NCBI GenBank assembly: GCA_963555755.3
Contig: OY820905.2
Coordinates: forward strand, 3,200,001 to 3,264,000
Direction: 5' to 3'
Origin: Nitrospirales bacterium
GTDB taxonomy: Bacteria; Nitrospirota; Nitrospiria; Nitrospirales; UBA8639
DNA: 64,000 nt
The translations under genes and the position numbers were made by a program. Position 1 is the first letter of the stretch. Every line of letters begins with the position of its first letter. This document shows positions 33,332-41,850 of this stretch, in pieces. Under the pieces are notes generated by a model. That model was not told the DNA's origin, made no database searches, and saw only the letters and a list, made by a program, of their open reading frames with translations.

Positions 33332-33662
33332 ATGAAAAATAATAGGGGAAATTAAAAATGATAAATGATAAATGAACAATTATGGTGGAAAATTTAAAAA
33401 GGAACAATGATAGGGGAAATTAAAAATGATAAATGATAAATGAACAATTATGGTGGAAAATTTAAAAAGGAACAATGATAGGGGAAATTAAAAATGATAA
33501 ATGATAAACGATTGGGGAAATGAAAAGTGAACAATGATAAATGAAAAATTATGGTGGAAAAATGAAAATTTTGGCCCCTAACCTTAATTTTTCATTTTTC
33601 ACTTTTCATTTTTAATTTCCCCTATTCTTTTTCACTTTTCATTTATCATTTTTCATTATTAA
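33329..33662. repeat. Heptamer-repeat block C with internal 68-bp tandem repeats
   Basis: 68-bp units start at 33343, 33411 and 33479 (last partial); inverted relative to block D. Confidence 0.9.
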
Positions 33663-33665
33663 TTT

Positions 33666-34019
33666 ATGAAGGATAATCCCCTTAAAGATAAGAGTTATAC
33701 ATTTGCAATTCGTGTTGTGAAACTATCTCAATTTTTACAGCAGGATAAAAAAGAGTTTGTGCTGAGCAAGCAAGTGCTTCGCAGTGGTACTGCAATCGGT
33801 GCACTCATTCGGGAGGCGGAGTTTGGGCAGAGTAAGGCGGATTTTGCTAGTAAAATGAGTATTTCATTGAAAGAGGCTAACGAAACGGAATATTGGTTGT
33901 CTTTGTTAAAGAACACAGACCTTATTGGTGAAGAGCAGTTTGTGAGTTTACAGTCTGACTGTAAGGAATTAATCGCGATGTTGGTATCAACGGTAAAAAC
34001 GGTAAAAAATGAAAAATGA
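33666..34019 (+). CDS. Four helix bundle protein (23S rRNA intervening-sequence protein / Avd-like family)
   Basis: KSY.FAIR..LSKQVLRSGTAIGA..REA..QS.ADF..K..I.LKEA.ET.YWL.LL. Confidence 0.93.
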   Translation: MKDNPLKDKSYTFAIRVVKLSQFLQQDKKEFVLSKQVLRSGTAIGALIREAEFGQSKADFASKMSISLKEANETEYWLSLLKNTDLIGEEQFVSLQSDCKELIAMLVSTVKTVKNEK

Positions 34020-34190
34020 AAAGTGAAAAATGAAAAGTGAACAACTAAAAATGAACAATGAAAAGTGAAAAATGAAAAATGAAGGTTAGGGGCCAAAATT
34101 TTCATTATTCATTTTTAAATTTTCCACCATAATTTTTCATTTATCATTATTCATTTTTCATTTCCCTTATTATTTTTCATTTTTAATTTT
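34004..34190. repeat. Heptamer-repeat block D
   Basis: Starts within the last codons of the four-helix gene; reverse complement of block C. Confidence 0.9.
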
Positions 34191-34195
34191 CTGCT

Positions 34196-35191
34196 ATGCA
34201 AGACAAAGTCGTCAAATACTCCGTTCTCTTCATCGCCCTGGTACTGGGGGCGCACGTGCTGCAGACGCTGGCGCAGGTGCTTCGGCCTCTGGCTATTGCT
34301 GTACTACTGCTGTTCGTGTTCACACCGCTGGCGCGCTACTCGAAGGAGAAGGGCATCCCGGTGTGGCTCACGTTCTCGGGAGCACTCGTGGCAGTGGTCC
34401 TACTCCTGAGCTTCGCCGGTTCCTTCCTCCACGTAGACGACATCCACCTGCAAGACAAAATTCCGCAGCTCCAGGAGAGGATCCGCAGCGATGGCGACGG
34501 TCTGCTGGCGACCGCGCTTCGGTTGGGGCTCGACCAGAGCTTTACACCGGAGAAGCTGAGCAACCTGGCAACGGCCACTGCCAGTCTAGGACTGGCGGCG
34601 GTTCGCACGCTGATCAGTGAGTCGCTTCTGGCTTTGATTCTGCTGATGTTCCTGGTGCAGTCCCGCGCACTGCTGGTGAGTGCCGTGGAGCGCAAATACG
34701 GTGCGACCGGTGTGGAAAATCTCGAGGCGATCGTGCGCAAAATCGAGGGGGATGTGGTCGCCTATCTCGGGACCAAAACCGCCATCAGCTTCGGGACGGC
34801 AGTGGTAAGCGGCGGCGTCCTTTTCCTGTTCAGCGCCAAGGCCATCGTTATCACCTCCCTGCTGATCTTCCTCCTGAATTATATTCCGATCATCGGTTCG
34901 CTGATCGCCGTCCTTATCGCCTTCGTGGTCTATGTCGTGAGCTTCGGCCTGACGGCGACGGCGGGTTGGATGCTGCTGGCGATGATGGCTGTCCAGATCC
35001 TGTTTGGCAGCATCCTGGAGCCGAAAATCGCGGGAAAGCAGCTGAATATGTCGCCGATCCTCATCGTCATCAGCCTTTATGTCTGGGGATGGATCTGGGG
35101 CATCACCGGCATGCTGCTATCGGTGCCGCTGACTATCTTCATCCTTGTCGCCGTCAAGCACGTCGCTGGCACGGAGAAAAATGAAAAGTGA
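34196..35191 (+). CDS. AI-2E family transporter
   Basis: LNYIPIIGS, ILEPK..G..LN.SP, WGWIWG..GMLL.VP; visibly GC-richer than its neighbours. Confidence 0.92.
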   Translation: MQDKVVKYSVLFIALVLGAHVLQTLAQVLRPLAIAVLLLFVFTPLARYSKEKGIPVWLTFSGALVAVVLLLSFAGSFLHVDDIHLQDKIPQLQERIRSDGDGLLATALRLGLDQSFTPEKLSNLATATASLGLAAVRTLISESLLALILLMFLVQSRALLVSAVERKYGATGVENLEAIVRKIEGDVVAYLGTKTAISFGTAVVSGGVLFLFSAKAIVITSLLIFLLNYIPIIGSLIAVLIAFVVYVVSFGLTATAGWMLLAMMAVQILFGSILEPKIAGKQLNMSPILIVISLYVWGWIWGITGMLLSVPLTIFILVAVKHVAGTEKNEK

Positions 35192-35380
35192 ACAACGAAA
35201 AATGAAAAGTGAACAACGAAAAATGAAAAGTGAACAATGAAAAATGAAAAGTGAACAATGAAAAATGAAAAGTGAACAGTGAACAACTAAAATTGAAAAG
35301 TGAACAGCGAACAATGAATAGTGAAAAATTAACCATGCGGATATCACAACAATGAAAACCTATTTTTCATTTATCATTGT
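35176..35380. repeat. Heptamer-repeat block E
   Basis: About five 21-bp units GAAAAATGAAAAGTGAACAA(C/T), then a short complementary arm. Confidence 0.9.
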
Positions 35381-35441
35381 GGCGGGCTCTAATCAATAAG
35401 TCACCAGTTTCATTGGGCCAGAAAATTGGGGGAGACTATTG

Positions 35442-36184
35442 ATGGTGCATCGAAGTTCATTGAAGGTTCCAAGTCGTTTCTTGAAATATTGTGTTCTGGG
35501 TCTGAGTGCCACCATTCTCTTTGGATGCGCGAAAGCATTGGTTGTGCCGATCAATCCTGCCAGTGAGGGCTTGCCAAAACCCGACCATATTGTGGTCTAC
35601 GATTTTGTGGTCACGTCTGGAGATGTACAGCTCGATGTTGGTGTTGGAACCAAAATGCTTCGCGATGCGAAAGGCACCTCTCAGACTGCAGAGGAAATCC
35701 GTGTCGGCCGTGCGGTGGCCGAGGCGCTTTCCAAAAAATGGTTGAGGAACTTCGGGGAAAGGGCATTACGGCCTATCGAGCGCGTTTTACTCCCCCTGCC
35801 TCTTCAACCACAGCATCAATTAAAGGGCAATTCAGGCAAATCGATCAGGGAAACCGAACCCTTCGGACTATGGTGGGTTTCGGGTTTGGAGGGAGTAAGC
35901 TGGGGACAAGCATCCAGTTCTATCAGGGAAAGGGACGGGAGGCGAAATTGGTCGGAGAAGCGGAAACCATGACTGAAAGCAGTTTAAAGCCCGGCATTGG
36001 CGTTCTCTTTCCAGTTGGTGCTGCGGCTGGGACTGTGGCGACGGCTGCTGCGGTCAGTGGTACGACCACTGTCGCCATGGAGAAATTTTTCGCGACCGTT
36101 GAAGCAGATGCCAAACGTACTGCCGAGGCTATTGCAAAAAGAATTATCAACTATTACGAGCGTCATGGGTGGCACAGGCGGTAA
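35442..36184 (+). pseudogene. DUF4410-family lipoprotein, frameshifted in an A6 run (35733-35738)
   Basis: One extra A fuses ORFs 35439 and 35738 into a full-length paralog. Confidence 0.8.
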
Positions 36185-36312
36185 GCTGATGTCGGCATCA
36201 TGGCAGCTGACAACATCATATACGATTGAGGAGGTCTGATGCAGACTGCTCTTTCATGCAGGGAAGCAGTGTTAATTTGTAAAGGGCTACTCCTAAATTA
36301 AAAAGAGGCCAT

Positions 36313-37140
36313 ATGAGACATTTTTCTCCAATCATCATCTTTCTTTTTTCTTTTGGCTTCATGCAGAGTGGAATGGCCGAGGTTGGTGACCATAATGTCC
36401 AAGAAGGAAAGGGCCTATCCTCGGAGAAAAATCAGGAGGTTGATCTCAGTCATTGGGGATATCGTGGAGTGGAGGGTCCGGACCATTGGGCCATGTTGAA
36501 TCCTTCCTACAATGTTTGCGAAACAGGGAGGCAACAATCTCCCATTAACATTGTGATGCCTCGGCATGGGCACGACCAAGAAGAACTTGTGTTCCACTAC
36601 CAACCTACGCCCCTTTCCATTCGGAATAATGGTCACACTATTCATGTGAATTACCAGGGTGGTAGCTATCTGAGCTTGAATGGTCGGACTTATAAATTAC
36701 GACAATTTCATTTTCATGATCCGAGTGAACACCATATTGATGGGAAGATCTATCCAATGGAAATGCATCTGGTGCATCAGGACGAGAGAGGTCATCTCCT
36801 CGTTGTTGGAGTCCTCCTAGAGTTTGGCAAGGAAAATCGGGTTTTTTCTCGAGTGGGAGATTGGATACAACAGCATACAGGGTCTCGACTTCCCTCTACA
36901 GGGCAGGAAGTGTCCACGGATTTAACATTTAATATTATGGATATTCTGCCACAGGATACGCACCATTTCTCCTACCATGGCTCTTTGACCACTCCACCCT
37001 GCTCTGAAGGTGTCCAATGGATCGTCCTGAAGACTCCCATCGAAATATCGAAAGTTCAAGCGGATCGTTTTGCCACGACTGTTGGTCCTAATGCCCGGCC
37101 GGTACAATCGCTTGAACACCGGGATGTTCAGGAAAATTAA
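36313..37140 (+). CDS. Alpha-class carbonic anhydrase, periplasmic
   Basis: HWGY, QQSPINI, NNGHT, QFHFH.PSEH, EMHLVH, GSLTTPPCSEGV. Confidence 0.96.
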   Translation: MRHFSPIIIFLFSFGFMQSGMAEVGDHNVQEGKGLSSEKNQEVDLSHWGYRGVEGPDHWAMLNPSYNVCETGRQQSPINIVMPRHGHDQEELVFHYQPTPLSIRNNGHTIHVNYQGGSYLSLNGRTYKLRQFHFHDPSEHHIDGKIYPMEMHLVHQDERGHLLVVGVLLEFGKENRVFSRVGDWIQQHTGSRLPSTGQEVSTDLTFNIMDILPQDTHHFSYHGSLTTPPCSEGVQWIVLKTPIEISKVQADRFATTVGPNARPVQSLEHRDVQEN

Positions 37141-37232
37141 TGCTGTTCACACCCAAAGAAATGCCAATTTCCCATTCAATACGGCTTTAAGCTACGCACC
37201 ATAATATCAATCGAACATAAGGAGTTTTTACA

Positions 37233-37715
37233 ATGAAATCGTTTTCCCAATTTTTGGTTTTCCTTGTCGCAATCAGCATGTTTCTCGTCTCGCCAGTTAT
37301 GGCTCAAAATGCTGGGAATGCCAACATGGAAATTTTGGCGGAAAAGGTTAAAGCTGATAAAAAGCTCGTTGTCGCCATGAATTTGAATCTGAGTGATGCA
37401 GAGGCCGAAGCTTTTTGGCCCGTGTATAATTCCTATCAAGTCGATCTTGAAAAAGTGTACCAGCGCCTTGGTCAGCTTGTTTCCGATTATGCTGATGCCT
37501 ACAACAGTGGTTCCATTTCCAATGACACTGCGGGGAAACTTATCAAGGAGTGGCTCCATGCGGAAGCTGAGGAATTGAAACTCCGGGTTGCGAATGTGAA
37601 AAAATTGGCGAAAGTGTTGCCCGCCAAAAAAGTGGCACGTTATCTTCAGATTGAAAACAAAATTCGGGCGTTGATCCGATTCGGCTTGGCGGCTGAGGTA
37701 CCATTGGTTTATTAA
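37233..37715 (+). CDS. Secreted helical protein (third paralog of 8288)
   Basis: AAGGAG RBS; KADKKLVVAMN, FWPVY, KVARYLQIE. Confidence 0.8.
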   Translation: MKSFSQFLVFLVAISMFLVSPVMAQNAGNANMEILAEKVKADKKLVVAMNLNLSDAEAEAFWPVYNSYQVDLEKVYQRLGQLVSDYADAYNSGSISNDTAGKLIKEWLHAEAEELKLRVANVKKLAKVLPAKKVARYLQIENKIRALIRFGLAAEVPLVY

Positions 37716-37744
37716 AGAATCGTGATTCAGAAAGAGGAATACCC

Positions 37745-38029
37745 GTGAACAGTAGAAATCTTCTTTTGTTATCCTGCATCCTTGGCCTCTATTTAGTTGG
37801 CTGTGCTTCTGCACCGCCGCTGTGGGTGAAACCCGGTGCGACGGAGGCAGACTTAGGGGCGGCGATGAATGAGTGTGATCAGCGGCATATTGCATCCCGG
37901 CTTGGTATTCGCGATCCTTTTATTCGTGAAGACCCGGTGTTTAACCCGGTGCGGCGCTATGGTGGAGGGGCTTCGGCCCTGGCCCGAGACCTGTGTCTTG
38001 AGAAACAAGGTTGGATATATCAGGAATAA
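37745..38029 (+). CDS. Small lipoprotein
   Basis: Lipobox LVGC; W.KPGAT..C..C.E.QGW. Confidence 0.65.
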   Translation: MNSRNLLLLSCILGLYLVGCASAPPLWVKPGATEADLGAAMNECDQRHIASRLGIRDPFIREDPVFNPVRRYGGGASALARDLCLEKQGWIYQE

Positions 38030-38405
38030 TTGGGGTTGTATGGTATGTCATCTGCATCATTTAAAATCAGGAAACCAAAGAAGGAGTCTTCTTTTCAGCC
38101 CATTTTTTTATCCTTCCATCGGTTTCGTGAGTTTAAAACATGCTACGTCAATTTTTTCTTTCCATTTTTGTCTTAATGTTAATCTCTTGTGCCAGCACCA
38201 AGTTATCTGTGTGTCTGTCTTGAGCTACCGATGAGAACAGTCCATGGGGTCACCGTTCTGCCCTAACGAAAATTTCTGAATGAACTGTGGGGTGGGACTT
38301 ATTCCTAGGAGGAAATCGGAAGATTGAGAAAAAAGCATTGAAGTAAACAATAACCCAGGGTAGAGTACGCAAGGTTTTTTCCCTAAGAGAAAAGTAAGGA
38401 GTGTT

Positions 38406-38912
38406 TTGCTGGTCATCTTTTTCATTATTCTACTGACAGGGTGTACCGCGGCTGGTGATCGACTGTCTGGATCAGCCTTACATCGAGACCCCGGCATTGC
38501 CTATCCCACCAGCCTTGACCATATTCACATTGGGGTCACAACCGAAGACGATGTTCGGAACCTCTTTGGTAACCCGACGGACATCCAACTATCGTCTGAC
38601 CATACCCAGGCCCGTGAGTCCTGGGCCTATGCTAAAGCGAACCCTTCAATTCACCCATTGCAGTATGTCCCGGGATTTGGTGCACTTTCTCTTTCCAAGC
38701 AACAGCACCAATCATCCTTCTCTATTAGCTTTTCTCCTGATGGAATCGTCGATGGGATTGCACTCAGGGATGTTCAACCTTTAGGGGAGGCAGGGGCATC
38801 ACTGTCTACCCTCGGAACCACATCCCATGTTCTTCCCTACGGAATAAATAATCCCTTAACCCATCACGCAAGGCAGGATGCCTCTGTTGGTTCTGAAATC
38901 TCCGGAGAGTAA
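38406..38912 (+). CDS. Lipoprotein with SmpA/OmlA (BamE)-like domain
   Basis: Lipobox LTGC; I.IG.TT..DV..LFG.P..W.Y. Confidence 0.6.
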   Translation: MLVIFFIILLTGCTAAGDRLSGSALHRDPGIAYPTSLDHIHIGVTTEDDVRNLFGNPTDIQLSSDHTQARESWAYAKANPSIHPLQYVPGFGALSLSKQQHQSSFSISFSPDGIVDGIALRDVQPLGEAGASLSTLGTTSHVLPYGINNPLTHHARQDASVGSEISGE

Positions 38913-38979
38913 CTTCTTTATGCACACAGGAGGGGTGTTTCACAATGGACGATCCCACACAATCAGATCAGCATGAGCC

Positions 38980-39150
38980 CAAGATGGATTTTACATCCCG
39001 GTTGGATCGCGACGCTCTTTCTTTCAATGGGTAACAGGTGGCATTGCGGGAGTGATTGGTCTGGGGCTCGCTGTGCCGTTGGCTGCCTACTTTATCGGGG
39101 CTTCCTCAAATCGAGTGGGTCGATACTATCGACCCACTCGATTTGAGGAA
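38980..39150 (+). pseudogene. Possible Rieske Fe-S subunit N-terminal remnant
   Basis: PVGSRRSFFQWVTGGIAGVIGLGLAVPLAAYFI twin-arginine anchor between frameshifts; no CxH motifs left. Confidence 0.45.
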
Positions 39151-39184
39151 GCCCCTTTTTTTTAACAAGGTGACCGTGCACGAG

Positions 39185-39544
39185 ATGGCGATCAACTGGA
39201 AAAAGATTGGTCTGGTAATATTCGCGATCGTCATCGCGGCGTTTTTTATTGCAGCAGGACTTTCAAAGGTCATGCAGCCAGAAGACCATACGGAGAGTTT
39301 TGTTCGATGGGGGTACCCTGCGTGGTTTGTCTATTTCACCGGAGTGGTAGAACTCTGTGGAGCGGGGCTTTTGCTCGTACCCCGAGTGAGGTTGTATGGC
39401 GTGATGTTGTTAGGGGTGACGATGATTGCTGCAGCCTTGACCCATTTCCAGGCGGATGAAATGGCGGCTGTCCCGGTTCCGTTGGTTCTCTTAGTCCTTG
39501 TGGGCGCTCTCGGATTTTTTCATTGGAAGAGATCGGGCCAATAA
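39185..39544 (+). CDS. DoxX-family membrane protein
   Basis: AG.SK, F.RWGYP.W, G.VEL.G, A.LTH. Confidence 0.85.
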   Translation: MAINWKKIGLVIFAIVIAAFFIAAGLSKVMQPEDHTESFVRWGYPAWFVYFTGVVELCGAGLLLVPRVRLYGVMLLGVTMIAAALTHFQADEMAAVPVPLVLLVLVGALGFFHWKRSGQ

Positions 39545-39985
39545 ACGTAGAGAAGCCGTTTGCGAGGTCATCTTAGGCAAAGAAGCAATAAGGTCATCGC
39601 TTAGGGGATTCCCACCTGAAGTCGGTTGCCAGTCAATCCGACCTGCCATTGTGAGTATTCGACCGTTGAGGGTTGTCTGAAGGCCGGAATGTACCAAGAG
39701 AGGTTTCCAAAAAATTCCGTGTACTGAGATGGGTTGAAGGCTGAACGTTCCCGCCTGTATCTTGGGCGGAACTGCTGAGTGATATGTGTTGATGAGCAAA
39801 TCCGGCTCAATCAAATTTCCAACCTGATACAACTCCAATCCTGATTCCGTTGACAGCACAAATAATTCTTGCGCTGATGCCGAAACTGGCGAAGCGAGTA
39901 ACAGGCCGAAGGTGGCAGCCAATGTCCAGGCAATGGACACGACCGAGTTTTTACGTCTGGGGGTTTTTAAAGGTATTGGATTCAT
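39491..39985 (-). CDS. Exported hypothetical protein
   Basis: GAGGA RBS and signal peptide ASA|Q. Confidence 0.45.
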   Translation of the reverse strand: MNPIPLKTPRRKNSVVSIAWTLAATFGLLLASPVSASAQELFVLSTESGLELYQVGNLIEPDLLINTYHSAVPPKIQAGTFSLQPISVHGIFWKPLLVHSGLQTTLNGRILTMAGRIDWQPTSGGNPLSDDLIASLPKMTSQTASLRLLARSLPMKKSESAHKD

Positions 39986-40217
39986 GATCTGTTTTCCTCA
40001 TCACGTTGTTTGGCCGGGTCTTGAGATTTCCCAGATTCAGCCAAAAGTTTGTTTGCCTTTTCTAATGCCTCTTTGGCTTTTTTACACAGTTCACGAGCGT
40101 GTAAATTCAGAAGACAGGTTGCGGTATCTGCTTTTCTCTCTTTTTCCTCTTCGCTCATGAACTACCTTTCCTTGGGTTTTGGCCATCTCAACTACACCTG
40201 CCTCGGTTCAACTAATG

Positions 40218-40556
40218 TTAGAAGGAGAAAAGGGTAAAACTCTCTTTCCCCGTAGGGCCAGGCAGTGGCGCCCAAGAACCCACTTGGGAATATTCTGAAT
40301 CAAAGGTGATCCCTTGGACTGGTCTTGGCGTTTGGCCCTCACTCATGATGGGTGTGTTTTTCAATAAGGGTGTTTGAGTTGCCAGCCAATCATTTGGTTG
40401 CACGACTTTCTTATTCATCTCTTGGGAAAGTTGGTCAGTTTAAAAAATCCCTTGGCCGAGTAGAACCCTCCATTCTTGAGCCAAAACCGTAGAGGTATTT
40501 ATCAACACTGTCGCGGTGATCAAGGTGGCGATGAAGAATGCAGTGGTGTGTTTCAT
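40218..40556 (-). pseudogene. Small secreted protein with in-frame TAA at 40439-40441
   Basis: AAGGAG RBS, signal peptide VLA|Q, frame continues into ORF 40218-40418. Confidence 0.55.
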
Positions 40557-40606
40557 GGCGTTGCTCCTTGGGTTGTGGTTCTAATCACGTTTCATTTATT
40601 TAATAA

Positions 40607-40622
40607 AGCAAGCCATGTGCCA
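40607..40622 (-). promoter_or_regulatory. Sigma54 -24/-12 promoter
   Basis: TGGCACATGGCTTGCT matches TGGCAC-N5-TTGC. Confidence 0.8.
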
Positions 40623-41015
40623 AAATGAAAAAATAATGAATTTTTTTTCTTTTCTATTTAAAAACAATAAGTTAGGAAAATTAACCAACAAAGGGTTCTA
40701 TGAAAAAATCTTAGTGGCCGCCGTGATACTTCGTGGCCTGCGACATGTCGTGACACATCTTCAAAAATCCTAAAAACGGCAGTTACATGACCATTGGCCC
40801 ATTAATGCTTCGACCCTTCGGCGAGCTCAGGACTCAGCACGAACGGGGTTCCCCGGCAATCACCCGTTGGGTGAGAGTCAGCTCGCCCTGCGCGCCGCGG
40901 CTTCCGCAGCAGTCGAAGGAATCCGAGAGTTCCCACTGGCCTTTTTAAGATAATTCGGTTGTAGCAGCAGCATCTCACTCGCCTGCGCACTTGCGCGTTG
41001 TAGCGGCTACAGCGT

Positions 41016-41205
41016 GGGGCTGTTGAATAATTCACGTCAATAGCCAATACACGCTCCAGATGAGCCCCACATCGTCAGTGGGAGGGAATGTTCAAAAAAG
41101 TCCGTCCAGCAAGGCCGCAGCCCTTTTGACGCGCGGAGCGTACTCATAGTACGTGAGCACGGCAAAAGGGCGAGAACGCCGCTGGCGGCTTTTTTCAACA
41201 TTCCC
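41016..41205. mobile_element. Long form of the GGGAATGTT MITE
   Basis: 5-bp TSD AGCGT (41011-41015, 41206-41210). Confidence 0.85.
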
Positions 41206-41462
41206 AGCGTGTAAACGCGAAGCCGCGTTGGTGGAACCAGGTGCTGCCTTTTCCGGGCGGTGGTGATTAGTGGGGGTGAAGAAGCACGACCTGCCTGCGT
41301 GGAGCCGCTTTCAGCCTTCCTAGCCACTACGGCGAAGGAGGCTCGGCAGAAGCAGGCAAGATCGTGGAGGTAATTTGCCTGTATGTCAAAGGGCTCACTA
41401 CAAACAGAATGGGAAGGAATTTCTAAAACAGGGCAATAGTGCACCAACAACACCAGGTTCAA

Positions 41463-41669
41463 TCAGGTCTCAACGTACTCGCAGATGCTTGTGGGTTCTG
41501 GGATAGGAAGCCCGTCTTGTCTGAAACCATCTAGGTGAAATCGAATCGCATCTCGAATATTGGATTTGATTTCCTCAGGTGTTGAACCTGTCGCTACGCA
41601 CCCTGGAAGGTCTGGGACATAGGCAGAAAAGTTGTTTTCCGTCTTTTCGATTACAATGCCATATCGCAT
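41463..41669 (-). CDS. HicB-family antitoxin (orphan)
   Basis: Y.IVIEK..AYVPDLPGCVATG.T.EE..AI.FHL..G.PIPEP. Confidence 0.9.
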   Translation of the reverse strand: MRYGIVIEKTENNFSAYVPDLPGCVATGSTPEEIKSNIRDAIRFHLDGFRQDGLPIPEPTSICEYVET

Positions 41670-41710
41670 GGGGTTACCTGCCTTTCAGTTGGGCTTGTTT
41701 CCAATTAGTT

Positions 41711-41843
41711 GTAACTACTCAGGTGGATAGGCTGAAGGCCGAAGGCTTTTAGGAAGCAATCATGCGTGATAATACAAAACCTCGGACATTATGAGTAATA
41801 GCCTTCAGTCTTTAGCCTTCAGCCTAAATACCTGAGTAGTTAC
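41711..41843. mobile_element. MITE, IS66-like ends
   Basis: TIRs GTAACTACTCAGG / CCTGAGTAGTTAC; 8-bp TSD AATTAGTT. Confidence 0.88.
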
Positions 41844-41850
41844 AATTAGT

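Noticed and set aside
33329..35380. CRISPR array
   Set aside because: The repeats are low-complexity tandem units without unique spacers, and there are no cas genes.
31178..35380. Classical integron attC cassettes
   Set aside because: No RYYYAAC/GTTRRRY boxes at the hairpin ends and no intact intI; the resemblance is only organisational.
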